64,000 nucleotides of DNA, taken from positions 3,552,001 to 3,616,000 of the forward strand of contig CAVWLP010000002.1 of assembly GCA_963755915.1 (NCBI GenBank), written 5' to 3'. The DNA is from an uncultured Phycisphaerales bacterium (GTDB lineage Bacteria; Planctomycetota; Phycisphaerae; Tepidisphaerales; Tepidisphaeraceae). Positions 19,938-32,086 of the stretch are shown here, one piece after another. The first letter of the stretch is position 1. Each line of letters starts with the position of its first letter. The notes under the pieces are model-generated. The model was not told the DNA's origin. It searched no databases and saw nothing but the letters and a program-made list of their open reading frames with translations. Position numbers and translations under genes: made by a program.

Positions 19938-20790
19938 TCAGCGTATGGAATATGCGGAGCGGCTTATCGACCGCGGCTGAGAGATTCTCACGCACGGAAA
20001 ATGCTGCCGCCTGCGACGGCGAGCGAGCAGGGCCAGCGAGCCGATGGCCAGCAGGCTGGCCGATGCGGGCTCGGGCACGGCGCCGATCGCAGGCAGCGGC
20101 AATCCGTTCGCGAGGGCAAAGGAATCGAGGGCGGCGATGTCGGCTGAGGAGAAGGTTTCGTCCGCGCCGCTGTCGCCCTGGCCGAAGTTGGCGGCGAGGG
20201 CGGAGAAATCGGAGCCGTTGACTGAGCTGCCGTAGAGGAAGTTTCCCTGGTCCCAGTTGGTAACGCCGAGGCCGAAGTTGGCCGCGAGAATGCTGAAGTC
20301 GGAGCCATTGACAGTTCCGTCGAGGTTGGCGTCGCCGAGCAACGTGTACTTCAATTCGATTTGGCGCGAAGAAAGACCTGGGGCGACGCCATCCGCGCCG
20401 TCGGCGAAGCCGACGCCGTAGCGGAGGCCGTTGGTGGGGTTTTGGGCGGTGGACGAAATGATGCCGGGTCCATTCCAAGCTCCGCCGGCATAACCCGAAG
20501 TCAGCCATTGCGTCACCGACGATATGGGATCGGTCCCGGATCCATAATTGATGATGAAATGGTAATTTCTAATATCAGGGTTGAACCCGGCGCGACGGTG
20601 AGATTTCCCTGCGAACCGTCGCCAGAAAGCTGCACCAGCGTAGGACCTGTCCCGTTTCCTATCGTCAGTGAACCTTGCCCGGAGATCGCGCCAAGGATTG
20701 CCTCGCTACCGGTAACCGTTGCTTGTCCGCTGTTGGTGTTTCCCGAACCGATGGTGACGGTCGCACTTCCATGTGGAGTCGAGTTCACGT
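19938..20790 (-). pseudogene. 5'-truncated, frameshifted dockerin + PEP-CTERM surface-protein gene
   Basis: GDANLDGTVNGSDFSILAANFG, VPEPAS; upstream part in another frame (20513..20824); no signal peptide or start. Confidence 0.75.
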
Positions 20791-20943
20791 AAGCGGACCA
20801 TTTCCGGCGGGCCGCTGGCAACACCGATCAAGTGGCGCAAATTGCGGCGCACCAACCGCGTCCAACGGTGTCAAAGAGGAAAACGCCGAAGCGCAGAATC
20901 ACTGGGAAAACCGAGCGATTCGCAAAATTCGCAGAATGGGGGA

Positions 20944-21025
20944 TGGCCTCTTCGGAGTCGAACCGATACACCCTTGCGGGCATTGGATTTTGAGTCCAAC
21001 GCGTCTGCCAATTCCGCCAAGAGGC
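20944..21025 (-). tRNA. tRNA-Leu(CAA), atypical acceptor/T stems (possibly pseudo or sequence error)
   Basis: TGGCGGAATTGGCAGACGC D arm, TTGGA-CTCAAAA-TCCAA anticodon arm, long variable arm, TCGGTTCGACTCCGA; acceptor only GCCTCT/AGAGGC. Confidence 0.8.
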
Positions 21026-21494
21026 TGTTAGTTGAATTTGAAACGGAAAAACCGGCGTTTTGCACGGTATTCCCGAGCGATTCGCGGGATGTTACACGAT
21101 CGGATTTCACGCCGCCAGTGTTCGCCGTTGTTCGCTGAAATTCGCGGTTTGGTGGCAAGCTGGGTGACAAGGGAATCTTTTCTTCGTCCGTCACCCTATA
21201 GGACAGGTATGAATCAAGGCGCGATTTTGAGTTGTCTACGCAGGCAGATACAATCTTTTTTGCCTGTCGTTTTCGGAGGAATATTTGGGCTGGAAAGGGT
21301 CGCTATACATCTTTGGAGTGCCCTCGGATCATTTCTGCTCGAGATAATGATGAGGCGGCTTATAAAAAAGGCAAAGCACTCGAATTCGTCGAGTGGTGTT
21401 ATGGTCCCGACCTTGGCCTTGCGGCCCTCACAACCGGCGTAGTTCGCCTGCCCGTACTACCGCGTTCGATCGCCTCGAACATAGGAGATGCGAG

Positions 21495-23290
21495 ATGATT
21501 CAGGCGAATGCGACACAACGAGTCAGCGATTGGCTATCGAATCTGGCCTACGCGCTTGACCGGACAGATTATGCCGGGGCGGTCGGTCTGTTTGACACGG
21601 ATTGCTATTGGCGCGATCTGGTCTCGTTCACATGGAATATCAAGACGCTAGAGGGCAGGGACAGCATCAAGGCGATGCTGCAAGCCACAGTGCCGCTCGT
21701 CAAACCCGGTCATTGGCGCGTTGACGGCGAAGCCACCGAAGTCGGCGGAAACATCGAGGCGTGGTTCACTTTCGAGACGGCCGTCGCCAGGGGGAGGGGA
21801 TACGTCCGACTGAAGGCCGACAAGTGCTGGACATTGCTGACCACGATGACCGAGCTTAAGGGGTTCGAAGAGCGAAAAGGCGCGACGCGGCCCAAGGGCA
21901 CTGAGCATGGCGTACAGCGAGACCGAAAGAGCTGGCTGGAGCGCAAGAATCAGGAAGAAGCCGACCTGGGCTACACCCGGCAGCCTTATTGCGTGATCAT
22001 CGGCGGCGGCCAAGGCGGCATCGCAATGGGCGCACGACTGAAACGCCTGGGCGTGCCCACCATCATTATCGACAAGCATCCGCGTGCCGGCGATTCCTGG
22101 CGCAACCGGTATCGCTCCCTCTGCCTGCATGATCCGGTCTGGTACGACCATCTCCCTTATTTACCGTTCCCGGACGATTGGCCAGTTTTCGCTCCGAAGG
22201 ACAAGATCGGCGACTGGCTGGAAATGTACACCAGAATCATGGAGCTGAATTATTGGCATTCGACTGAATGTCAGGCGCAACCTACGACGAATCCCAAAAG
22301 GAATGGAAAGTCACCGTTAACCGCGCCGGCCAGACCGTCGTTTTGCGCCCCAGGCAGTTGATCCTGGCAACCGGCATGTCGGGCATTCCCAATATCCCGA
22401 AAATTCCCGGGACCGAAAGCTTCAAAGGAGATATCCACCACTCCAGCAAGCACCCAGGCGGGGAAAAATATCGCGGCAAGAAGTGCGTGGTGATCGGCTC
22501 GAACAATTCGGCCCATGACATCTGCGCCGACCTCTGGGAGCATGGCGCCGACGTGACCATGCTGCAGCGGTCTTCAACGCACATCGCTAAATCTGATTCG
22601 CTGATGGAGCTTGTGCTGGACGGCCTTTACTCGGAGTCGGCCGTGAAGAAGGGCATCACCACCGACATGGCCGACCTGATTTTTGCGTCGATTCCTTACA
22701 AGATCATGCACACGTTCCATATCCCGGCATTCAGGGAGATGGCCAAGCGCGACGCCGATTTCTATGCGCAGCTCACCAAGGCCGGCTTCATGCTCGACTT
22801 CGGCGAAGACGGCTCCGGCCTCTTTATGAAATATCTTCGGCGCGGTTCGGGCTATTACATCAACGTGGGCGCATCCGAATTGGTGGCTGACGGACGAATC
22901 AAACTCAAAAGCAAGGTTGGGATCGAGAAGATCACTGAACATTCGGTGGTTCTCAGCGACGGCGTTGAATTGCCTGCCGATTTGATTGTCTACGCCACCG
23001 GCTACGGATCGATGAACGGCTGGGCCGTCCGGATCATCTCTCAACAGGTCGCCGACAAGGTGGGCAAGTGCTGGGGTCTGGGTTCCGCGACAGCCAAAGA
23101 TCCAGGTCCGTGGGAAGGCGAACTGCGAAATATGTGGAAGCCAACTCATCAGCCGGCGCTTTGGTTCCACGGCGGTAATCTGCACCAGTCGCGACACTAC
23201 TCGCAGTTTCTGTCATTACAGATCAAGGCGCGGATGGAAGGCATCGCAACTCCGGTCTATGGCATGGGTGAAGTGCATCATTTGAGTTGA
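21495..23290 (+). CDS. flavin-containing monooxygenase (NAD(P)/FAD-dependent oxidoreductase), split by a 1-nt frameshift ~22270
   Basis: GGGQGG, WRNRYRSLCLHDPVWYDHLPY, ATG, HHSS, GSNNSAHD, YATGY across ORFs 21393..22361 and 22268..23290. Confidence 0.9.
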
Positions 23291-24153
23291 CGGGCTGACG
23301 CAAGTTCCGATCCCAGCCGATGCCCCAGTCCTCACCCTCCTCTCCTGGTACTCGCACCTGTCCACTTTTACGCTCGCTCGGCGCCCGACTCCACCGTTGC
23401 CTTGACGACGCCCTCGATCATCTTCCGCACATCGGTGGGAAGTGTCGGCCAGGCGTCGACAACCGCTTGAAGTTCGGGGGCAATTGCGGGCTCTTTTTTT
23501 GGGCTTAGTGAGAAGCCAGCAGGCAAGGATTTTTTGAGTTTGTCCGTAACCTGTGCGTCTGTTTGTGATTGCGAGACGTTTTCGGCGCCAGTGGAAGCAT
23601 CGTCTGCGCGCCCATCCGTTTGGATGAAAGCCAGGACGGCAACGATGATCGACCACCAAATGCCGGCCAGCAGTGGTTGGGCGACACGTGGATTGTTTGG
23701 CATGCCGGCATGCTACCGATGATTGGGGGCAAGCGGGAGCTTCGCGGCGAGGCGATCACCCAAGGAGTTGGTTGGGCAATTTGGTCACCTGCGAAATGAG
23801 GGTATTCGCGTCCGGAACTCCAGGATGACTTTGCCGCGACGAATTCGGGCTCGATATTTGTCGAAACCCGATTGCCTTGGGACGGCTCTGGCCGTTGGGA
23901 AACCATCGGGGCCGACCGCGGTAGAAGTGCCCACAGCGTCAGCAACGGTCGACGATTACTTTGAAATAGAGGTGCCGACGAAGCTACCCACGCCATAGAC
24001 GATCACTTTTTGCCACCCAGGGCCCTTGCGGGGGGATCCGCCAAACCGTCCCTCCCGGGCCTCCATCCTTGGGCTTGGACCAAAGCAATGTCAAATCCGA
24101 TCATAAGTGTTGTCCAAAGGAGGTATTAGATGCGGCACAGACATTGAGAAGTC

Positions 24154-24347
24154 TTAAATAACGTTTTTTAATAAATGCTGGTTTAACAGATGGTAAAACC
24201 GCATTTTTAGTCGGTCAGCCGGGAATTACGACTTGCATTCAGCGCGGCGCCAATGGCGTTTGCAAGCGCCTAATTATGCCTCGGTAAGCGATCGCGGGAC
24301 ACGACTCTGAATCGTGGTTCGGCACATGTATAAATAACGTTTTTTAA
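24154..24347. repeat. two copies of near-palindrome TAAATAACGTTTTTTAA
   Basis: Identical 17-mers at 24155-24171 and 24331-24347, each with CGGCACA shortly upstream. Confidence 0.85.
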
Positions 24348-24621
24348 GAAATAAGCCGATCTTTTTACGATTGATGCAACGAATCCGACCCCTAAAGGCA
24401 TTGGAAGGGCTGCCAGACCTCCCACAAGCGTCGTGGAGACCGGCAGTAACCTAGGCCAAATTGATCGCCCTCCGTGCTTATCGAGCGTCCTGGGTCGTTC
24501 TACAGGGCATCTGGGGGTTGTCTGTTGGGTTATGACTCCAGCGGCGACTTCCATCGCTCGTTTTAGTACGCTTTTTATCCGGCTCAGTCCGGTACACCCC
24601 CCGGAGTAGAAAGGAAAGCCA

Positions 24622-25226
24622 ATGGCGGATCGGCGATACGGTAGACGAGTGGCCCTGGCGGTCAAGGAGATTCGCGACTTTCATTCGGTGGGTGCGAGAG
24701 CCTGGACGAGTTTCCCGATCGGTTTCCCCAGGGCGGTGCCGAGAAGGCGGCGGCGAAAGCCCGAATGAACTCAGAGCGCCTCCGCAAAGCCCGTAACTTC
24801 GCCGCAGAATTCTCGAAGGGGGAGTTAAATCGGCTGTGCCGGGAGATCGAAGCGGGCGGGTTTCCGGTTCGCGTTCAACACGTCGTTCGGTTGCTGCGGC
24901 TGCCGGCAAGCCGGCGGCGGAAGTTCCTGCGTCAAACCATCGATCAAAAGTGGAGCTGCCGGCAACTGGCGACCGCCATCAAGCAGGCAACCGGAAGGCG
25001 GTCCCCCGCGGGAAGGCGACCTGGAGTGCACGATGCGGTGGCCGCCGTTCAAAAATTACGCGAAATCTGCGAGCAATGGCGACGGCTGCATCGGGTGATT
25101 TCCGGCCGCTGGATGAGTAAGAAAAACGGGCGGGCGATCGAGCTGCGCCCGAGCCTCGACAATGCGATTCAAAAGTGTGATGGAGCAATGCAAAAGCTGT
25201 ATGCGGCGCTGGGGCGGTTTCGGTAG
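24622..25226 (+). CDS. DUF1016_N-like helical DNA-binding protein (1-nt frameshift ~24695)
   Basis: AAGGA RBS and ATG at 24622; LRKARNFA...HVVRLL...RRKFL...WSCRQLATAI resembles the YhcG N-terminal pattern (SHY..LL...R.FY...WS.R.L...I). Confidence 0.6.
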
Positions 25227-25378
25227 TTTTGGGCGGCGGGTTTGAGGTCGGGGGTTCGAAGCGGGGGGCCGTTATGTTACTCGTCGTATCGTAAAACTCG
25301 CGTTTTGGACGTGTTTTCGACGGGCGGCGTGAGCAAGGGTCGCATTTCTGGGTCGGGCGTTTGCCAGACTCAGCCCCG

Positions 25379-26431
25379 CTACCCCATCTTGCTTGTTGGT
25401 ACGGGTGCCGGAATTCCACTTCCGAAACCCGTCCCTCGAGGCGCAGTCGAGACCAAAAAGCCTTTGGCCGGCCCTCCGGGAACCGAATAAATGCTGTCGA
25501 GAAGTTGAAGTCGCCATATGGACAGAATTGGCTGATCGGGTAGTTGAACGCCAATGCCTTCATATCTGGCCGTGCCGTTGCCCAAGTTTTGTCGAGCATG
25601 GAGAGCGATCCCGACATATCGACCGAGTAGTCCGTCAAACACGGCGCGGGTAAGCCCGTCTCCCTCCACGCGTGCCGTTAAAATGCCAATGTCTGTTTCC
25701 GCACGCTTCACATAGACACCCCAATGATGCCAAATTAGTCCCTGCACGATGTACCGCATTAACTCGGCAAGGCGGTCCTTAATGGTGAGTCCTGGCGCCA
25801 CGATCAGAAAACCGCGACTGAATCTCTGGCTTTGGGGCCGGCGGACAGAATTGATGGTCTGCCATGCGATCAGCATGGCCATGACGGTGGTTTTGCCTGC
25901 GCCGGTTGCCAGCTTCAACGCGAGTCGGCTCAGTTCCGGGTTGTAATCGTTGTTCGCATCCTTCAGGTGTTCGGTGAAAAGCTTTCCGGCCTTGCCGGCA
26001 GCGGGAGCGACCTCGGTAAGCCAGATCGCCGTCTCAACAGCTTCGACCTGGCAGAAGAATGGCCTGACGCCATTGAATTCGTAAGTGCGCCAGTGCTGAA
26101 TGAGGCGGGCCGTTTCGGGCGTCACCTGCCAGTCACCTGGATTCGGAATTGAGCGCCAGCGATCGACCTGTTGCCGGCACTGGTTAATGATGGAGGTCGG
26201 ATCGTATTGCTGTTTTTCGTTCGAGAGGCCTTTGCCCTCGTCAAAGATGAGCGTTTGCTGCTTGGTGGGCTTCCGTTTACGCGGCTTTGGTATCGGCGTG
26301 ATGAAATCGGCGCGGCGGCGATTCTCAATGATTTTCTGCGTGGGCTGTCCGGACGGATCAAGTTCCCAATGCCGCGCTGGGCAGGCATAAGGTGAATTGA
26401 GGATCGGTTTTTCGAAGAAGGGGTTAGACAT
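25379..26431 (-). pseudogene. type III restriction (Res) N-terminal part fused in frame to unrelated sequence
   Basis: PILNSPY, RPFFCQVEAVET, LKLATGAGKTTVMAMLIAWQ, PGLTIKDRL; similarity ends ~25770 and no DEAH or nuclease part follows. Confidence 0.85.
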
Positions 26432-26577
26432 TTATTCCATTCCTGGTCTTCTTCGCGGGAACCCGCTGCATGTCGGAGTATGGCTGCCGCATATGAACTG
26501 CGATTCGGCATATGCTATACATCCAAAAACGGCTAAAAGATATGTTACTGCCGCGGTGCCCACCTCGCTCATACCAT

Positions 26578-29188
26578 CTAACCTTCAACCTCGATCTCGG
26601 CTTCCGCTCCGACCTCAACTTCGCTCTGCAATTCAAGAACCGCCGCGCGCAGTGGCTCATAGATCGGTATCTCTTTCCCGACGATCTCGATGCTGACCGC
26701 CAAGGCATACGTTGCTGCCGATTCTGGGTCGCGACTCCAGCCGCGATGGCCGCGAACGGCAATACAAAAATCCGTGGGCAACTGGTTCGATTTGACAATT
26801 GTCCAGTCTTTTTGAACTGTGCCCACGCCACGGCGCACACCGGGAAGTCGGCCATTCGCCCCGGTTGTGCCGATCGTCCAGTGGAAGCTGGAACCTTGCT
26901 GGACGGCGTCTTCGTCGGTCTTGAGCGCTCGATTGAGAAAGGTCGTGAGTAGCTCACCCTTGCGACTGGTCACCCAGTCAAGCCACGTGGAGAGATAGCC
27001 GCGTGTGCGCCGGCGAGTGCGTCGGGGTTCGGCGACGTAGGAGAGTGTTACTTCAATTCGGATGTCGTAGTCATCGCCGGGACGGCGAAGTTCCTCTGGG
27101 ATGGGAACCTGATAGACATGACAATCGCCGGCCGTGATTTCGCACTCTGAGCTGGTGATGAAGGTGGTGCGGTGATCGGTATTGGTCGTCGCGCGTTCAA
27201 CATTGGGAATGCCATAGCCGATGCGGCGAAGCAAGTGCGCTTGTTGTTCAACCGTTAGCGCGTCGGCCCATTCCGGCCATTGGGCGGACTGGACGATCAA
27301 TGCCCGGTAAAGCAGGCACGAAGCATCCGGCAGCGTCGATTGCAACTTTGCTGCCACGCGCGTCACCTTGGGCGCGGCAAAGGAGGTTCCGACCTCATCG
27401 CGAGAGAATGCAGGACCGCCGTTGCGCGTTGATCGTGCCAGTTCTGGATAACATTCGCGCCCGATGTCGGGCGTGCCAACAGTCGGGGGCATACCTGCCG
27501 ATACAAGGCAATCACCGCCAAATTCTACAACTTCGGGTTTGATCGAGTCCCAGATGCCAAGGCCACTACGACTGAACGCGGAAGAATCGCCCGCTTCGGT
27601 GGCGATGCTGCGCCAGCCGGTCCCTTCAAAGGAGCCGTAGGCGACTGACCCGACTGTGAGGGCCTGAAGGCTCTGGCCGGGATTGGCAACCCGGCAGGCC
27701 GGTTCCGTAAGGTAAGTCGGGTGTCGTCGGCCATTGGCCAGCATTTCCGCGATGCCGAGCAACGGCGCTTGCCGCGACGTTTTGAGATTGCCCGCGCTCT
27801 GGATAACGAGAATATCGTAGTCGTGACAGAGCGAATCGATCTCCGCCGCCCAGGCTGACATATGCCTCTGCCGTGCCGGCGAATTCGCATTGATCGAGTG
27901 ATTGAAGATGCGAGTCTTGCGTTTCCCCTTATGGTAATGCACCACTACGTCACGGATAACGGCGGGCGGAAACATTGATTCAGACAACATGCAGTTTTCG
28001 TCTAAGACCCGCGCATTCTGCACCCACGCATCCAGTTCGATGCGGCCGTCTTTCGCCAACTCTTCGCCATGCAGGACGGCTCCTGCGACGCGCGTACCGT
28101 GACCGCCGTTGGCAACGTAATCCGCAATATCCGTGGTGGCCTTTTCAGGATCGAAACAATGGGAACTGGATTTATCGATGCCAGGTTCAAGCCAAAGGTG
28201 TTCTTCCTGGATACCGCTATCTACAACGCACACCACTGGCGCGCCGGGAGCGGGTGCAATGATTTCGAGCTGAGCGGCGATTTGCGCTTCTTCTCGGCGA
28301 ATCTGCTGCGGTGTCTCGATGTCGTCGGGTTCTGCGACTTCAAAGATGTAGGCGAAATTTAGCACAAGGTCCTTGAGTGCTTTTCCGTGAAGCTTAAGTC
28401 TTAGTGTGAAACTGTCAGGCAGGGTCGGCGCTTCCGCCTTGTAATCATCGAAATTCCCCAAGATTTCAGCGTCGTAGTGATTGATGATGTCACCAACGGC
28501 AGTCAAACGCTCATCGCGCAACGCGTCCCATTTGTCATAAGCGTCCTGACGCAAGCGCGACCATTCGGCGTGTTTCCGTGCCCATGTCTGTTGCTTGAGC
28601 CTGCCGCGTTTCGGTTTCTTTGGGATCTGCCAGGTCCCGACACATGCCACGCCGACTTCGACGATGTAATCGGCGACGTCGGCAATCGTCGGCCAGTCGT
28701 TGAAAAGTGTATCGCTGAGAATGCGACGGAGACGCTCTTCTTGATTCGGGTCATCACGCAACTCATGGATGCGTGCGACATTCGATGAGCCTTCGATACT
28801 GGCGATGAAGTCAGTGAGTTTCGCCTGGAAGCTGGTGAGCGAAACGTCGCCGGACGCCACGATGACGAAGCCATCCTCCTGCTCTGAGACAATTTCAAAC
28901 TCAAAGAAATGGCGAAGATCATCCAGATCGAGCGATGGATCAATCTTCAGCAGTAAGGGAATACCATCGAGTTTCGGAAGTCCTGCCTGCTCGCGCACGG
29001 TCTGGCGCGTCTTCCAGCCGGTAGTTACCGTCCCGACACTGGCCCCAAGGGCTGCACTATGGCCCGCTCGGTTGTTCCGATTGGCTGCGGTCGCAGGGTC
29101 TTGCGCCACAGCGCCGGGAGGAAAACGCAGCTGGAGCGCGATCGCGCAATACGAGCGTAAGATGCTCAAAATTGTGACCTGCCGGCAT
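26578..29188 (-). CDS. ietS: S8 subtilase-family protease, IetS-like (probable start 29188 with frameshift ~29130)
   Basis: VVDSG, HGTRVAG, SAGN, GTSFAAP triad motifs; no signal peptide; coupled to an AAA ATPase. Confidence 0.88.
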
Positions 29189-29191
29189 ATA

Positions 29192-30199
29192 TTAACCCCC
29201 GTGAGATTTGCCGTCGGCACGCTTCAACTCCGAAATTGCATGTTGCAGGTTGGCGAGCGTGATCGCTTTTCTTCCGCCAAGGACAGCGGCCTTTGCCGCG
29301 TCCTGCGCCGCTTTGACCACCATCGCGGCGGATGCACCTTCAAGTGATGCAACCAACTTGCTCCAGTCCACTGGCTCGGCGACTTGTACTGCCGATAGCG
29401 TGGTCCGCAGAAGTTTTTCGATTTCCTCGCATCCGGGAAGCGGCACTTGAAACACATCATCGAATCGGCGAAAGAGCGCCTCGTCTAATGAGGATTCGAT
29501 GTTCGTCGTTGCGACCAGCAGACCGGGAGCGTCGTATTCTTCCATGAGTTGGAGCAGCGAGTTTACAATGCGGGACACTTCGCCAATGTCCTTAGAGTGC
29601 GTGCGCGATCGGGCAATAAAATCACACTCGTCGAGAAGCAGGACGCAAGGACGTTCTTTCGCTGCGATGAATATGGAGCGAAGGTTCGACGCGGACTCAC
29701 CAAAGTACGAAGAGATGAGCGCATCAAAGCGTACCTTCATCAGCGGCAGTCCGGTGTTCCACGCGAGGCGCTTGGCCCCAAGTGATTTTCCGCAGCCGGG
29801 CGCACCGTAAAGCAGGATTGTCTTGCGTGGGCGCAGGCCGTAAGCGCCCAGCCGTTCCCGCGCAGCGAATTCACACTCGATGCGGGCGAAGCGTTCCTCT
29901 GTGGCCGGCGGCAACACCATGTGGTGTTCGAGCGACTCGCGAGGGATGACGGTCATCAACGACTCGCCATGCCTGCGGCTTAGCGGGAGTTCGCGGAATG
30001 AGCGATCTGTTTCGGGAGGTCGTTCATTTCCATTCTTACGTTCTGACGGCTGTTTTAGAATAGATTCTAGTTGATCGGCAAGTTTGTTGTGACCCGTGCG
30101 CCGCTCGTCCTCGACGATTTTATGCGCCAGTCGGTTCAGATCGGGCTGTGATCCGCTGGCGATGGCTCGGACAACTCTCTTTAAGATTTCAGCGTTCAT
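29192..30199 (-). CDS. ietA: AAA+ ATPase, IetA-like
   Basis: GAPGCGKS, LISSYFGESASNLR, LLDECD, TN...LDEALFRRFD. Confidence 0.9.
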   Translation of the reverse strand: MNAEILKRVVRAIASGSQPDLNRLAHKIVEDERRTGHNKLADQLESILKQPSERKNGNERPPETDRSFRELPLSRRHGESLMTVIPRESLEHHMVLPPATEERFARIECEFAARERLGAYGLRPRKTILLYGAPGCGKSLGAKRLAWNTGLPLMKVRFDALISSYFGESASNLRSIFIAAKERPCVLLLDECDFIARSRTHSKDIGEVSRIVNSLLQLMEEYDAPGLLVATTNIESSLDEALFRRFDDVFQVPLPGCEEIEKLLRTTLSAVQVAEPVDWSKLVASLEGASAAMVVKAAQDAAKAAVLGGRKAITLANLQHAISELKRADGKSHGG

Positions 30200-30245
30200 G
30201 ATGTCCTTGCCTTTCTGCATTCGGGGCGTCTTGGAAAAGCTGCGG

Positions 30246-30506
30246 TCATGGACGAGCCTCCACAAGCGCACGCCGGCGAGGCGCCGACGTTGCTGTGCGG
30301 GAAAGCACATAGTGCCATGAATCGTTCTTCCGCACGGACTGGATGTCGTGCCCCCGTTCCCTCAGTGCGGTGACATCGCGAGAAACCGTGGGAATCGATA
30401 CGCCAACTTGTTCGGCAATCCTCGGCGTGGAGTATTCGCCGGAACGAATCAGGTGTAAGACCGTGTCGAGCCGGCGTTCGATGTCCAATGATCGCTGATA
30501 CAGCAT
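30246..30506 (-). CDS. small winged-HTH (HTH_11-like) regulator
   Basis: STPRIAEQVGVSIPTVSRDVTALRERG; AGGAGG RBS. Confidence 0.8.
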   Translation of the reverse strand: MLYQRSLDIERRLDTVLHLIRSGEYSTPRIAEQVGVSIPTVSRDVTALRERGHDIQSVRKNDSWHYVLSRTATSAPRRRALVEARP

Positions 30507-30915
30507 CGCAAGACCTCCTTGAGTCCGCATCGTGTCTATCGGCGTATGATAGACTTGTCAATGAATCTTCGCCAGCCGCGCGAACTTGAGAATTTGGGAA
30601 TGGTGATTCCTCCCGGACAGGCACACGGCGCTGTCAACGCCGACGGCATTTTTAGAAGGCCGTCTATCCGGGATGAGGGAAAACCTCTTGGGTAGCGCTT
30701 TCGCCTCTCCTAGGGGCCTCTGAATTCGATTTTGGCGATGTTTGGATTCGATCAGGCGCAGGCTTCGATCTTGTATGGATATTTTCTTCGGAAGGCCAAG
30801 ATGAATTTAATTGCGCGACTTCTTTCGATAATTCAACGCGTTGATGGTTTTGCTGGGGCTTAGGAGAATTACCCGCCCATGACAATGTTGGCGGCTTATC
30901 GCTTCGCAAGATAGG

Positions 30916-31689
30916 GTGTTTGACCAATCTGCACAGGAGAGATGGATGGAATTGCATGAGCTTGAATTATTTCCGCCCGAAGTGGCCGAGAGGCTCAGGA
31001 CGTATGTCGACCGACTTATCGACCCACGCAACGGCGAGACGTTCTATGTGGGAAAGGGCAAGGGAAATCGCGTGTTCCACCATGTTCGAGCGGAGGACAC
31101 CCTAGACGGTGATAGTGCTGACAACAAGATGAAGCGCATCAGGGAGATACGCCTGGCCGGGTTCAAGGTCGCTCACGTGATTCATCGGCATGGGCTGGAG
31201 GACGTCACGGCGCTGCAGGTGGAGGCGGCGCTCATCGATGCCTATCCGGGCTTGACCAATGTTGCCGGTGGGGCGGGCGGCGATGAATTTGGGGTGATGC
31301 ATGCCATGGAGATCATCCGCGCTTATAGCGCCGAGCCGGCGGTTTTCCGCCACAAAGCGTTGCTGATCAGCGTGAAACTGAGCGCCGCGGAACGATCGGT
31401 TTACGAAGCAACCCGCTACGCCTGGAAAATCAACAGGACCAAAGCCGAGGAAGCGGAAGTTGTGCTTGCGACGGTCAAGGGCATGATCGTTGGCGCTTTC
31501 ATTGCCGACAACTGGTTGCCAGCCACGCCCAAGAATTTCGCCGGCAGGGCGGACGGCGAGGGGGAGCCGGACCGGCTCGGCTTTGTGGGTCACGAGGCGC
31601 CGGATGTCATAAAAAGAGACTATGTCGGGAAACGGGTGCCGGAAGAATATCGCCGGCCCGGTGCTGCCAATCCGATCAGATACAGCTGA
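30916..31689 (+). CDS. LEM-3-like GIY-YIG nuclease
   Basis: YVDRLIDPRNGETFYVGKGKGNRVF, VEAALID, LTN. Confidence 0.8.
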   Translation: MFDQSAQERWMELHELELFPPEVAERLRTYVDRLIDPRNGETFYVGKGKGNRVFHHVRAEDTLDGDSADNKMKRIREIRLAGFKVAHVIHRHGLEDVTALQVEAALIDAYPGLTNVAGGAGGDEFGVMHAMEIIRAYSAEPAVFRHKALLISVKLSAAERSVYEATRYAWKINRTKAEEAEVVLATVKGMIVGAFIADNWLPATPKNFAGRADGEGEPDRLGFVGHEAPDVIKRDYVGKRVPEEYRRPGAANPIRYS

Positions 31690-31810
31690 TAGGGGGGCCG
31701 TTTTCGAGCGAAGCGACCCGGCAACGTTTTCGTGAACCGCTATTCCGGCCGCATTAGATTCACCCGCGTCGAGCGGCAACGGGTTCACGGTGAAAGGGGA
31801 ATGCCGTTTG

Positions 31811-31969
31811 TAAAAACTTTATTTAGACTCTTGGGCTTGCAGCGCGATTCTAGGTGATGATGGACGTATTAGCAGGATTCGGTGGTACGGGTAAGTTGAT
31901 GTGCTTGTTAGGCTTGAGGACATTCAGAGGTAATCAGACGGACTGACGATATTTATAAAAACGTTTTTA
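31811..31969. repeat. two further copies of the palindrome family
   Basis: TAAAAACGTTTTTA at 31956-31969; degenerate inverted TAAAAACTTTATTTAGAC at 31811-31828. Confidence 0.6.
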
Positions 31970-32086
31970 ATGAAAATGGGTTAAAACGAGAACGTTGGCG
32001 TAATGTTTACCGGATTATGCCAAAAAAATTGCCAAAACCAGGAGTTCAGCATTGACGCTTATATTTCGGCCAGGGAGAATGAAATG

